Shown: one piece after another, positions 1 to 13,346 of the stretch
How positions within the stretch are numbered: the stretch's first letter is position 1
Layout of the letters: each line of letters begins with the position of its first letter
Assembly (NCBI GenBank): GCA_964016885.1
Contig: OZ024743.1
Span: 74,896,001 to 74,960,000 of the forward strand
Direction of reading: 5' to 3'
Origin: Eledone cirrhosa
Lineage: Eukaryota
Length of the DNA stretch: 64,000 bases
The notes under the pieces: model-generated
Database searches by the model: none
The model's input: the letters and a program-made list of their open reading frames with translations, nothing else
What the model was told of the DNA's origin: nothing
Translations under genes and position numbers: made by a program

Positions 1-93
1 CGATGTTGCAGATGTGCAACGAAAGAACTTTGTTAGACTATATATATGTGTTTGTGTTTATATTGTATCTGTATTTTTGACCGGGGGGGGGGG

Positions 94-191
94 TCTGTCG
101 GAAAGGTGCGAAACGTGTCCTCCGCTGTTCGTTGTTTTGAATATCAAAACAACGAACAGCTGAGGACACGTTTCGCACCTTTCCGACAGAC
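94..191. repeat. Near-perfect fold-back palindrome (~47 bp arms)
   Basis: tctgtcggaaaggtgcgaaacgtgtcctccgctgttcgttgttttga-ata-tcaaaacaacgaacagctgaggacacgtttcgcacctttccgacaga; one mismatch. Confidence 0.9.
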
Positions 192-510
192 AACCTTCCC
201 CCCTCCCCGGAAAAAACCCCAGTTGATGGATGTGAATCCGAAATATATAGGGACAATTAAATCTCTCCCAAGGTAACTCTTTCTCGTGTTGTTATTTTTA
301 TTTTTATCCTTTACGCTCTTTCCTTCATTCCTCTACACGTTACAGTCTTATACACGCCACGCATCTCAACGTACACCCACTTACACCTCTCTCTCCACCA
401 CCGGATCTTGTTACCCGGGGATTTACCCATTTGCATTGTCGAGGCTTCCAAGCGACTTAAAGAAATTTACCTTATTATTCCACAATGCTTCAAGCAAACT
501 TCAATACTCT

Positions 511-576
<66 letters not shown>

Positions 577-601
577 TGTAATAAACAACATAAGATAATT
601 A

Positions 602-662
602 TTTCATTTACCAGTGGTTTCTTGAAAGCAAACAAAATTTGCTTTCAGTCATCAGAATGAAA
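602..662 (-). ncRNA. Type I hammerhead ribozyme
   Basis: Minus strand: tttcatt-CTGATGA-c-tgaaagcaaa-ttttg-tttgctttca-a-GAAA-ccactg-GTA-aatgaaa; stem I 7 bp, stem II 10 bp, stem III ACC/GGT, GUA cleavage triplet. Confidence 0.8.
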
Positions 663-719
663 AAATCCTGGTGCCCTGGTGTCTTTTTTCCTGGACCTTT
701 CCGACAGAATTACTTCATT

Positions 720-765
<46 letters not shown>

Positions 766-918
766 ATATTTTGACTGGCTTCCTAAACGTAGAGAGTCAG
801 TGATACATGCTTTCGTTTCCGAAAAATACGGTAATGTAAGACTACTAAATAAAACTGTTGATTTGATTTGCAAATCCACCTTCAACATTATGTGGTGGTT
901 AGTTTTATATTAATACGT

Positions 919-1088
<170 letters not shown>

Positions 1089-1309
1089 ATATTAGTGCTG
1101 AAAAGTTCCTGGCTTTGAGTAAAAGAAAATACAAGCGGAACAGTTAATTATGATTTTATTCAACATATTCCCGTCTCAGATTCACACACTTATTGCAGCG
1201 GTCGTTCAGTTTCTCTAACCCCTGTAAAAAGAACTCAAAAGGTTGGACCCCAAACCAGGCCTTTGTAGCAGTGATCAACCCAGGAACCTTTCACCACCAC
1301 CCCCTCGTA
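1089..1309. mobile_element. Tc1/mariner-type MITE remnant
   Basis: Imperfect TIRs gtgctgaaaagttcctgg ... ccaggaacctttcaccaccacccctcgta; the right end reads TACGAGGG on the minus strand next to TA, as in mariner TIRs. Confidence 0.65.
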
Positions 1310-1432
1310 TATACATACAAACACACACAGACACATGCACATACATACACGCACGCATGCACACACACATACACACACACACACACATACACATACACAC
1401 ACACTTATATGAATGTTTATATATATATACAT

Positions 1433-1496
<64 letters not shown>

Positions 1497-2689
1497 ACAC
1501 ACACATGTATACAACTTGTTGAAATCAATGGTGTCGTCATTATTAGATGTCCTCAGCAAAGCCTATTCACTAAGAAAGTTTAGCAAGATCAGGAATGGTT
1601 GATAGATATAGGAAAGGTGTTATGCCTGTTGTCTTTAGAGGCGACTTCTACTTCCATTGCATTGTTTTATAGTTTTCCAAAACACTTAGATCAGCTAAGG
1701 CTCTAGTACTCTCGAGTGGCAAATAATAATGGGAGGTGGATTAAGCTCGGGGGGATGGAAAATTGGTAACTTTTCCAGGTTGTCTCACTTGATTAAAAAA
1801 CAAACATCTTTAGTCGTTTAGTTTACATATTTGGCTCTGTAGACACCGCCCCACCCTCTCCTCTTCCCCTTCCTTTTCTTCCGTGGCCTAATAGTCCTTG
1901 CTCTTTCCTTCTTTTTCTTCTCATTTATGGCATTTATAGCCCTTTCCTCTACTTTTCTATGCAGCCAGTTCTGCCCTTCTTTACTCCTTCTCCCTTTTTT
2001 CATTACTTAATTTTGTTTTTATTATTTTTTTTCTGTAAAATATAGTTGACATAATATGTTTATATATAACAGATAACAAAATATTTCCATCATTGGAGAT
2101 CTGCCCTTCCCCCCTTTTCTAATTATTTATTTTGGTTTTATCTTTCTTTTTCACATTAATGTAATTATCAATGGTTTTTAAGCCAACTTTGTGAGTGAAA
2201 CACATGATTTGTAATGGTATTTATACAACTGGGAGTAAAATGAACTTTTTCCCTTTAAAACAAAAAGTTTACATATTGAGATCCCAACCCATCCTATTTA
2301 TTTATAACATATGGGATTTCTAGTAATGTACTTTATTTTTTTGTCATATATAATGTTTTTTAATGTCTAAAGAAAATTAATTATCGTAGGAATGCTGCTA
2401 CTTAAAATAAAGATTAGTAAGATTAGTAAAATTTAATAATCAGTGGTTGGAATAACAGTGGGGGAAGGGTTGGAAAAAATCTGAAAAATTAATAAGCAAG
2501 GGAGAGACGATTGTTGGAGACCCGAAGGTAGTTTCCTAGGTTGTTCTCCATCTCCTGGACATTTCTAAATGAATCTCGGATAATCTCGATTGATTGAGGG
2601 GTTTTGCTCCCAATCACCAGATTCAAACAGTGAAATTATCTTATAACTCATTCTCTCTACATTGAGACGTCTTTTATTAGTCATTGGTC

Positions 2690-3015
2690 CTCCTTTCGGT
2701 TTTAGCCATCAACATCCGCAACCTGGTGCAGTCTGCGACTAACCCAGGTTCTGCTGCACGCCGGACTGAGGAGGCCAAACTCTTCAAATACCGGTCGCTC
2801 TCCGACAGGTTTGCGGTCGTACCCTTGGCAGTGAACACTTCTGGTGTCTTCGGCCCTAGAGCTACCTCCCTACTCACCACCATAGCCGCTGAGCTGGCCA
2901 GCCGCAGGTGTGAGCCTCGCGGGCTGGAATGGCTTTTCTAGCGCGTCTCCCTTGTCGTCCTCCGGGGAAACGCCTTCTCCATTCTGTCCGCCGGGGCTGT
3001 GGGGAGGCCACCAAT
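2690..3015 (+). mobile_element. CRE-clade non-LTR retrotransposon 3' fragment (RLE C-terminus)
   Basis: AARRTEEAKLFKY...FAVVPLAVNTSGVFGP...EPRGLEWLF*RVSLVVLRGNAFSI matches the CRE-type C-terminal motif; related copies at ~28000 and ~47200. Confidence 0.65.
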
Positions 3016-3614
3016 ATGATTGACAGACTTGTCATTTTATCAGTCAGATGTTCTAATGATTCTATATATATGTCATATTTCCCCATCAACATCTATCATA
3101 TGTATGTGAGGATACAGGTGTCTGAATGTCTGTGTGTGTGTTTTTGTTTGTGTATATGCTTGTGTGTGTGTGTACATGTGTGTATGTGTACGTGTGCGTG
3201 AGTGTATGTATCTGCCTGCGTGAATGTGTGTATGCATGTGTGTATATGCGCGTATCTGTAGATGTGCATGTGTGTGTATCTCTGTGCGTGTGTGAGTGTG
3301 TATGCGCGTGTGTGTGTGTGTGCGAGTGTGTGTGAATGTGTGTATGTGTCTGTGTGCATTAGTGTATATAAGCATGCATGTGTGTGTCTGTGTGTGAGTA
3401 TATTCCTGTTTTCTATTGTAATATTAGTAAACACTGAAACACACACACAGACACACACACGTATTCATATACACTTTATCTCTCTTTCTCACACATATTC
3501 ATTCCTACTTTCTCTCTCTCTCTATCTCTCTCTATCTATCCATCTATCTATCTCTCTCTCTCTCTATCTATCTATCTATCCATCTATCTATTTATCTATA
3601 TCTATCTATCTCCC

Positions 3615-4850
3615 GGTAGAGGGGGTTGTAACAGCCTCAAACAGTTAATCGGCCGATTTGACCTGGCCGATAGATATCGACTAGATTTTCCGACTGTGCC
3701 ACTGTGTACGTGGACTAATCTTAGCGGAACATCTAGATCGTACCTAGATAGGGTTCTAATTAGAAAGAAGGATAGGAACATGTTAAGCTGTCCACAAATG
3801 TTCATGGTTGCCTATTCAGATCACAAACTAGTGACCTGCTTAGTCAACCTTGACAAAATCCATAGACAGGGACCCAGCTACTGGAAGGTGAACTTATCGT
3901 TACCGACATGCAAAGCCTACAGGAGACGGATTAGCACTTTAGTTAAGCAGCACTTGACGGGGACCATTGTCAACAACAGATGGTGGTACTCTCTCAAGAG
4001 GGCAGTTAGATTAGACTCGCTAGGTTTTAGTAAAGAATTAGTGTTAGATAGAAACTGACGACGTGACAGTAAGGGTGTCGAGCACCTCGCAAATCGGAGA
4101 GATCGGCACCTTACTGGAGGAATACGAAAGGTTCACAGGAGGGAAGCTGAACCCGGGACAAATCCGTCGGTTTGCAACTCGGAACGTGGAGAGGCAAACC
4201 GATGCCTTCCGATGGCGTAGTCGGACGCTGGACGGAAGGACCGGTAAAGCTGCTCGGGGTCTGGTTTGGTCCGGACCTCCAGGTGGAGAAGAACTGGAAC
4301 GAGGTGACGGCCAAGGTGTTTGCGCTCAACGAGAAGTGGGCCGAGTGCAAACTATCCTTGAAAGATCGAGCGGAGGTGGCGAACACCTATGTGTTATGGC
4401 TATGGTGAAAGAGGTTATATGGTGGACGAGGTTAAAAGGGCTGAGGTCAGATACCTTTCTCTCCAGCGAACAACTGATTCGTTTTTTCAAATATCATTCT
4501 GGAAGAAGAATCAGGATGGAGAGAGAGGTGCTGAAACCCAGCTAATTTTATAAAAGGTGGGTGAATGTGGCAAAGATGGCCCGAGTGGTTGGGCTTTCTC
4601 TCTATATAAGCCTGTAGGTTGAGGAAAAAGAGGAAGAGAGGAAGGGAGTACTCATTCTTGGTGCTCCTGGAGATGAGGGTTGTACATTTTTTCGGGGTGT
4701 GTACAACCCCTGTGTAACACCTCCCCTCTTATTGGGGATATCAATTGTTATTTGTTATTTTATTAATAATTTTATTTTCATATACCTGTATGTAAACTCC
4801 CCATTTGTATTTGTCCCTTTCTTTTGTGCCCCTGTGGCTAATAAAGAAAT
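3615..4850 (+). mobile_element. Tx1/L1-type LINE, internally deleted copy (EN, RT and C-terminal pieces, 3'UTR)
   Basis: APE motifs SYLDRVL..SDH..GPSYWKVN; RT-downstream GKLNP..LLGVWFGP; AATAAA then (TATC)n; homologous to 5510-9050. Confidence 0.85.
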
Positions 4851-5509
4851 TTATCTATCTATTTATCTAAAAAAAAAAGTACAAAAACAAAAACATCAAC
4901 AGAAAACACGCACACACCCAACACTGACATAAACATACCGCCACAAACGACAACCACACCAACAACACAACCAGACACTTCACCAATAAAACAAACACCC
5001 ACACCACCACAATCACAAACCCCAACCACAAAAAAAAAACTACAAACAGAAACAGTACACATAAAAAAACAAGACACATTACACATACATAAAAAACAAG
5101 AAACAAAGAACTGGTGGAAACTGTCCGAAAGGGCCCTACTATCCAAACGGAAGGGAAAACTTTCCCAACCAACGACCCAACCCCAAACCAAAAACTAATC
5201 AGGGTAACAACCCTACAACATGAAACATTAAAAGGGAACTTCCCACATGATGTGCGCCCCCTTGCCGAAAAACCCTTAACCGTGTCCTGCTAAAAGGATT
5301 CCCTCCCTCCCCAAACACCCCCAATCTTAACATGGACATCGAACAACCCTACTTCCAGGAAACGTAACTATAATGGTGTCGAAAACCTCGGAAATCGAGG
5401 TAATCGGCAACCTATTACAGGAATACGAAACGTTGACAGGACGTTAACATAACCCAAATAAGTCTGTCGGTTTGCAGCTCGGCACATGGAGAAGCAACTC
5501 TTCTTCACC

Positions 5510-8500
5510 AACATGGTGACTATACAAGCTGGATATTTAAATGTACGTGGCCTGGGCATGCCCTGGAAACAGGGCCAGTTTTTAAATGATCTCAGGTCAC
5601 ACTGTATGGATGTGATAGCCATCACCGAGTCCAGGATTCACGACAAGCAGCAGCTAACCCCCATATTTATGATTTTGAGATCTACGCATATCTGTCAGCC
5701 TGGATCTCAAAGTACAGACGATTCACTTGGACCCGGAAGGCAGCCTGTTGGTCCTGGACGTGAATGGTAGTGAAGGTGGAGCTTTCAGACTGGTGGCCGT
5801 ATATGCCCCGACAGGGACTTCGCGACTAGAGTTCTTCAAGCGTCTGGAGCCATTCCTGGGAACGTCTCGCTCCTTAGTGTTAGCGGGGGACTGGAATGGC
5901 ATCTTAGACGCACGTTGGGACTATGTAGGAGCTTGTGATAATAGAGAGGGGTGTAATAGCCTCAAAACTCTCATCAGCCAATTCCAACTGGCTGATAGAT
6001 ATCGACTAGACTTCCTAAGTGCACCACTGTGGACGTGGAGCAACCACACTGGGTCTTCTAGATCGTATTTAGATAGATTTTTAATTAGACAGAATGATAA
6101 GGAAACATGCACATGGTTGCCTATTCAGACAACAAATTAGTCACCTGCATAGTCAAACTTGATATAACACATAGACAGGGACCCGGATATTGGAAGCTAA
6201 CCATGTCGCTCCCGGTGCGTAAGCCTACAGTGAACGGATTAGCTCCTTAGTTAAGAGCCAGTTGACGGGGGCCATCGTCAACAACAGGTGGTGGAGCTCT
6301 CTCAAGAGAGCAATTAGAATAGAATTGATAGCACTTAGCAAAGAAGTAGCTTTTAAAAAAAACTGAAAAGGAAATGGTAGCTAAAGTAGAAGAGGCACTC
6401 AGGAATGGCAATACAGCTGACGTGCTAGCGACGAGAATGGCACTGGACCAGTTCTTCAACGTGAAACACGAAGGTTTTATTGTCAGAAGTAGAACACGTG
6501 CTATAAGAAACGAGGGAGCCAAAGCTGTTAGTTGGGCCCGAGTGGTAACAAATCCACAATTCCGTCTTTGCAAGACAAAGATGGACAGCATTCTACTTGA
6601 ATCCAAGTAGATGTGCACGGCCTTCCAGCAGCACTTTGCACAACTGTTCGGGCAAAGCGGTGCGTCGAGCGAGGTGATGGACTTCAGTTCCTACCTCGAC
6701 GGCCTACGACGACTCTCGAGCACGGATGCACAGAGCTGCGAAAGGCCGATAACAGCGGGCGAAATAGAAGATGCCCTAGGCCACTGTGGGAAACGCAAAT
6801 CACCCGGTTTAGATGGTCTACCCTATGTGTTTTACATAGGCATGCCAGACTTGTTCTCTGGCGTCCTCGAAGCGGTCTGCCGCAACTGGCAGCAGAACGG
6901 GAGGATTGCCACTTCTGTAGGCAGAGGCCTAGTAACGCTGATCAGGAAAGAACAAGGGGATAAAATAAGCAATTTCAGGCCCAGAACTCTGCTCAACACA
7001 GAGTTAAATATTTTGGTCAAGGTGTTAGCAGCGAGGTTGGCGCTTGTCGTCGAGAACCTGGTAGGGGAAGCGCAAACGTGTGCAATCCCGACCAGGTCCA
7101 TACACGACAACCTCCACCTTATGCGATACATCATAATAGGGTGGGGTGTAAACCTGGCTTCGGTGGGGCTCTGATCAATTTAGATCAGTCTAAGGCATTT
7201 GATAGAGTCGACCATCAATACTTGGAAGCGGTTCTCAAGGTGGCCGGCTTCGGTCCCGTCTTCAGAGGCTGGATTGCTGCTATGCACACCAGCATCTGCT
7301 CGGCTGTCAATGTGAAAGGTTACCTATTGGAACCATTCCAAATCATGCGTTCCATTAGTCAGGGATGTCCTCTCTCCTCTATTCTGTATGTACTGACTCT
7401 CGAGCCATTACTGCGGAAGTTGGAGCTGTTGCAGGGCATCCCGATCGAACCAGGACTGCGGAAAGCAACGTCGGCCTATGCCAACGACGTAACCGTAATG
7501 GTGTCGAAAACCTCGGAAATCGAGGTAATCGGCAACCTATTACAGGAATACGAAACGTTGACAGGAGCAAGACTAAACCCAAATAAGTCTGTCGGTTTGC
7601 AACTCGTTGGACGCTGGACGGAAGGACGGGTGAAATTGCTCGGGGTTTTGTTTGGTTCAGACCTCCGGGTGGACAAGAACTGTGTTTGCACTCACCCAGA
7701 AGTGGGCTGAGTGCAAACTCTCCTTAAAAGGTCGAGCGGAGGTGGCGAACACTTACATAGCGTCCGTTATCTACTACCAATTGACAGTCATGCCTTGTCC
7801 CTGCGAATACCTCACAAAAATGGAACACCTACGCTTCAAGTTCCTCTGGAAGAAACAGGCTGCTTTGGTGAGGAGATCCATCTGCTGTCAATACCCTTCC
7901 AATGGAGGGATGGGCATGCCGTGGCTGATGATGCGCAAACACGCGCTGAGGCTACGCCATCTCCAGGTATTCCGGACCGGTGAACCGGTGTGGCTGTCGT
8001 TTGTGAGACGAGCTCTTCCACAACTCGTCTCACTAACAGAGTTGCAGTCTTGGGTCAAGCGAAGACCGAAAATGGGCGCCTGGCACCTCGAGTGCCTTCA
8101 GGCGCTCACAGTCCTCTACCAAGCGGAAACGGCAATCAGCGGAGACTCCACTTCGACATTCTATAGGGGATTAGTGGAGGATAAGTGCGCCGACGTTCTC
8201 AGGGAAACTCTAGGCATCGAGGAAGACGAACTGACCAGTCTGTTCGGGAGAACTTTCCGTCCAGGGACTATGGATAACTTCCAAGGTCTCTGTCCTGACA
8301 GTGCTACCGAGGTGCTCTACCAGTTCGAGACAAAATCTACAGGAACGGACACCCTGGCAGAGATCCTGCCAAAAGGATCTGTCCAAGATGCGATCAGGAC
8401 ATCGAAACCGTTCTACGCACATTTGTTCAGTGCCCATAGGGTGACCGACCTGTGGAATTATGTCGATCAGCTACTGTCACGTGTGGGACGCATCAAGTTG

Positions 8501-9050
8501 TCAGCCGAGTCCATCATGAGGATCACCCCGCCGCCCTCATTTAAGAATGAAGGAGAGGTGGTTTTCCTCTGTCTGGTGGCTATGGCGAAAGAGGTAATAT
8601 GGTGGACGAGGTTAAAAGGACTGAGGGCAAACACCTCTCTCTCCGGACAACAACTCATCCCCTTCTTTAAGTACCACTTCAGAAGGAAGGTGAGAGTGGA
8701 GAGGGAGGTGCTACACTCCCAGTAAATTCGCTGAACGGTGGGTGAATGGGCCTTCTCTGTATATAAACCTGTAGGTTGAGGAAGATAAACAGAGGGAAGA
8801 CGGGAACACCTACAAAACATGTTCCTGGGGTTGAGGGTTGTTCTATCCACGGGGTGTAAAACAACGCCGCAGTAGCGTTACCCCACTCCCCACCCCACCA
8901 CCACCACCACCACTCCTAATGGGGATTTCTATTGTTTTATTTTTATATAGTTTATTGTTATTTATCATTGTTAAAGATTTTATGTAAAGCCCCCGCCGTC
9001 ACGTCTTGTAATGTCCCATTTTTGTACGCCCCTGTGGCAAATAAAGAAGG
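5510..9050 (+). mobile_element. Tx1/L1-type LINE ORF2 pseudogene (APE endonuclease + reverse transcriptase), frameshifted
   Basis: GYLNVRGL, VYAP, LAGDWN, SYLDRF (APE); KSPGLDGL, NFRPRTLLN, LDQSKAFDRVDH, QGCPLS, AYANDV (RT); 3'UTR with AATAAA and (TATC)n tail. Confidence 0.92.
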
Positions 9051-9429
9051 ATATCTGTCTCTCTATCTATCTACCTATCTATCTATCTCAGTTAGTCTTT
9101 CTTCTGTCCATTTACGTAACCTTTCGTTCAACTTTTAATTATTTTCCACCAAACTTTCCTCCGACAAAGCTTCTATATCGATCAACCCCCTTAAGACAAA
9201 TTACACTATAACTTCGATTTTAAGTTAATCACAATAATCATCCTAAGACTTCGTATCACTTCACCGTGTTATTATTTAGGCTGTAATTTATCACAAACAG
9301 CTGCATTATGTAACTGTTGCCGTCATTCCGGTCACTTTCATTACTCTTCCCTTCTATAAACATATCAACGTATGTTGTCTTGTGTTGATAATCTACTTGT
9401 GAACAATATAAGTAGTGTGAGAGATATGG

Positions 9430-9800
9430 GATCGAATAAACGTCGGGTTATGTTAAGTTATATTATGGACATGTGGTTAGAATGTCTCAGCAAAGAATCG
9501 TTGGAGAGTTTTTACGGATAAAACTAACCGACAGGAGACCCAGAGCAAGATGGTTGGATAACATGCATGAGGTTCACTAGTCAGGCTTGGGGATCCAGCC
9601 GGATCAGTTGGAGATGGTTGCTTCTAACAGGATCCGCTGGAAGGAGTGTTTGAGGACTCTGACACCACGACCCTATCAAGAATAAGTGGCCGGAGAAGAA
9701 GAAGAAGAAGAAGAAGAAGAAGAAGAAGAAGAAGAAGAAGAAGAAGAAGAAGAAGAAGAAGAAGAAGAAGAAGAAGAAGAAGAAGAAGAAGAAGAAGAAG
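9430..9800 (+). mobile_element. RTE-clade LINE 3' fragment with (GAA)n tail
   Basis: GHVVRMSQ...GDPEQDG/RPRARW-type 3' sequence matching 27450-27630, followed by (GAA)n. Confidence 0.75.
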
Positions 9801-10099
9801 ATTCTACTTTTCTCAGTTGACATCGCCAATAATTACAATCATCAACCTAGGGAACAGTATTATACATTTATTAGCTTTGCCTTTCATCCTTACGGGGTCG
9901 ATAAAATAAAGTACCAGTAACGCACTGGGATAATTGCTGGTCTTGTGCCAAAAGTAGAAACAATTATTTTTTATTTTACCGTTTCTGTTATGATGACTGC
10001 CGTAGCATGAGTTAGAAAAACGCACCTACAACCTGCAAATCCTAACCCACCTTCATCTCCCAGAGCCTCATATGAGGGCGCCGTTTTTCTCTCCAATTT

Positions 10100-10500
10100 T
10101 CCTGTCTTGTGGCTCTATCAAAAGAGGTTGTATGGTGGACCATCAATTTTTTCAAGTTTCACTTTTAAAGGAAGGTGAAGGTGGAGAGGAAAGTGATGCC
10201 CCTCGGTACATTTGTTAAAAGGTGGGTGAATGTAGCGAGGATGGCTCGTGTGAATGGGCCTTCTCTGATCATGCAGTGGTAGTTTGGCTGGTTTAGAAAG
10301 GGGCGCCCTCATAGGGTTGTGTAGGAGAATAACCTGATTTAGGATCGGTCCTGTGTCGCCCCTGGATGGTGCTCCACCTATTGGGGAATTTTATTGTTAT
10401 TTGATTTATTGTTATACTTTCTTTTACTTGTTTTATTGTAAAGCCCCACAATCCCTGTCTTTTGTATTGTCCCCTATATGTCGGCCCTTTTGGCCAATAT
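10100..10500 (+). mobile_element. Tx1/L1-type LINE 3' fragment
   Basis: aagtttcacttttaaaggaaggtgaaggtggagagg...aaaaggtgggtgaatgt...gtcggcccttttggccaata matches the 3' ends at 8660-9050 and 59100-59520. Confidence 0.7.
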
Positions 10501-10553
10501 AGACTTTGTGCCTAAAATAGAAACAATTATTATCATTACTATAATAAAGAAAG

Positions 10554-10554
<1 letters not shown>

Positions 10555-10634
<80 letters not shown>

Positions 10635-10650
10635 CAGCAGCAGCAGTAGC

Positions 10651-10715
<65 letters not shown>

Positions 10716-10758
10716 CAACAGCAGCAGCAGCAGTAGTAGTAGTAGTAGTAGTAGCAGC

Positions 10759-10826
<68 letters not shown>

Positions 10827-10829
10827 CAG

Positions 10830-10886
<57 letters not shown>

Positions 10887-10913
10887 CAGCAGCAGCAGCA
10901 GTAGTAGTAGTAA

Positions 10914-10966
<53 letters not shown>

Positions 10967-10995
10967 ATAGCAGCAGCACTAGCAAAAGCAGTAGC

Positions 10996-11036
<41 letters not shown>

Positions 11037-11285
11037 CAGCAGTAAGAGTAGCAGTAGCAGTAGTAGCAGTAGTAGTAGTAGTAGTAGTAGTAGTAGCAGT
11101 AGTAGTAGTAGTAGTAGTAGCAGTAGCAGTAGTAGTAGTAGCAGTAGCAGTAGTAGCAGCAGCAGTTGTAGTAATAGTAATAGCTATAGCTGTAGTAGTA
11201 GCAGCAATAGTAGCAGCAGCAGCAGTAGCACCAACAGTAGTAGCAGCAGTAGTAGTAGTAGCAGTAGCAGCAGCAGTAGTAGTAA

Positions 11286-11346
<61 letters not shown>

Positions 11347-11362
11347 TTATAGCTGTAGTAGC

Positions 11363-11403
<41 letters not shown>

Positions 11404-11423
11404 AGTAGTATCAGTATCAGTAA

Positions 11424-11471
<48 letters not shown>

Positions 11472-11537
11472 CAGCAGCAGTAGTAATAGTAGCAGAGCAG
11501 CAGTAGTAGTAGTAGCAGCAGTAGTATTAGTAGTAGC

Positions 11538-11572
<35 letters not shown>

Positions 11573-11599
11573 CAGCAGTAGTAATAGTAGCAGAGCAGC

Positions 11600-11637
<38 letters not shown>

Positions 11638-11670
11638 CAGAGCAGTAGTAGTAGTAGTAGCAGCAGCAGT
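10555..11670. repeat. (ATT)n then long (AGT/AGC)n trinucleotide microsatellite
   Basis: Direct reading; source of the poly-V and poly-L pseudo-ORFs. Confidence 0.97.
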
Positions 11671-11790
11671 ATACTACACGATAGCAACACGAGAGGGTGT
11701 ATCTGACTCAGCGAGATCACCAATCGATGATTCACAACACAAATCCTGGGTAATTGTGGCCTTGTGCCAAAATAGAAACAATTAATTATT

Positions 11791-11975
11791 CGGTGGATTG
11801 GCAGTATCAGTAGAGAGTCGGACGCCATGCTTTGCAGCATAGAGTTACGGCCCTTTATGGTCTGAGTTCAAATCCCGCCGAGGTTAACTTTGCCTTTCAT
11901 CCTTACGGGGTCGATAAAATAAAGTACCAGTAATACACTGGGATAATTGCTGGCCTTGTGCCAAAAGTAGAAATA
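11791..11975 (+). mobile_element. tRNA-derived SINE (Nin-type core), family copy
   Basis: A-box-like tggcagtatcagtag, B-box gagttcaaatcc, core aactttgcctttcatccttacggggtcgataaaataaagtacc; further partial copies at ~9873, 14230, 24073, 25128, 34556. Confidence 0.85.
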
Positions 11976-12077
11976 ATTAATTATTCGATTTTGAAATAAC
12001 TGAACAGAAAATATAGAATACCGGGTGACCTCCTACAGAAGAACAAAAACCTGGGGGAAATATATTTACCTCGACCG

Positions 12078-12696
12078 TATATGTATGTGTATGTGTGTGT
12101 GTGTTGGTCTGTGTTTGTGTGTGTGTGTGCGTGTGTGTTGTATGTGTGTGTGTTTGTCTGTGTGTTTGTCTGTGTGTTTGTCTGTGTTTATGTGTGGTTG
12201 TGTGTGAATGTTGTATGTGTGTGTGTTGTATGTGTGTGTGTGTGTTTGTTTGTGTGTGTTTGTTTGTCTGGTGTATATGTGTGTGTTTGTCTGTGTTTGT
12301 CTGTGTGTGTGCGTGCGTTTTATGTGTATTGTGTGTGTGTGTATGTGTGTGTGTGTGTTGTATGTGTGTTTGTCTGTGTGTGTGTGTTGTATGTGTGTCT
12401 GTATGTGTGTTTGTCTGTGTATGTGTGTGTTTGTCTGTGTTTGTGGATGTGTGTGTGTGTGTGTGTTGTAGGTGTGTGTTGTATGTGTGTGTGTGTGTTG
12501 TATGTGTGTTGTATGTGTGTGTGTTGTATGTGTGTGTGTGTTGTATGTGTGTATGTGTGTATGTGTATTGTATGTGTGTGTGTGTGTTGCATGTGTATGT
12601 GTGTGTTGTGTGTGTGTGTGTGTGTTTGTTGGTGTATGTGTGTTTGTCTGCATTTGTGTGTGTGTGTGTGTGTTGTATGTGTGTGTGTATGTGTGT
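12078..12696. repeat. Compound (TG)n microsatellite
   Basis: Direct reading. Confidence 0.95.
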
Positions 12697-13034
12697 CCTA
12701 ACTCTTGAGGGGGGAGTCGAAGGGGACACAGCAGTGACATGCGGTGTTTCTTGGGTATTTTTGTACTTTTAACCCTGGCGGAGCCCAACTCCTCTCCAGG
12801 TCTGACTACCACAGATCTCTTCTAGAGAAGGATAGAGAGAGTTCGAGAGAGAGGAAGTGAGAAAGATATATAGAGATATATAATCGAACTCAGTATTTCA
12901 CTGGTACTTTTTTTATCGACTTGGAATGGATGAAAGGTGAAGTTGACCTCGGAGGGATTTGAACTCAGAGAGCTGGAATGAATACCACAAGGCATTCTAT
13001 CTGACATTCTAACAACTCTGCCAGTTCACCGCCT
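12697..13034 (-). mobile_element. Longer SINE subfamily with the same head and core, extended 3' tail
   Basis: Reverse complement of aggcggtgaactggcagagttgttag...gagttcaaatcc...caacttcacctttcatcc; homologous to 25770-26090 and 48514-48835. Confidence 0.75.
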
Positions 13035-13044
13035 ATGTGTACGT

Positions 13045-13212
13045 CAGTATTGGTAGGGAGTCAGACGCCATACTTTGGAGCATAGAGTTGTGGCCCTTTG
13101 CGTTCTGAGTTCAAATCCCCGCCGAGGTTAACTTTGCCTTTCATCCTTACGGTAAAGTACCAGTAATGCACTGGGATAATTGCTGGCCTTGTGCCACAAG
13201 TAGAAACAATTA
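13045..13212 (+). mobile_element. tRNA-derived SINE copy
   Basis: Matches 11791-11975. Confidence 0.85.
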
Positions 13213-13346
13213 TATGCTCCTAAAATATATGACCAGCAACAGTATATTTCTACATCGTAGATATTAACAAATTATCCGCTAAACTTTTTTAACAACAAAC
13301 TTTCCTAGCACAAAGACGATTGTGTTATTTCATATTCATTATTTTG

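Noticed and set aside
1510-2670. Possible decayed Penelope ORF (GVY..YV; FCFKGK on minus) with CTGAGGA at ~1550
   Set aside because: Too degenerate: no GAAA after the hairpin and the motif matches are too short to support a call.
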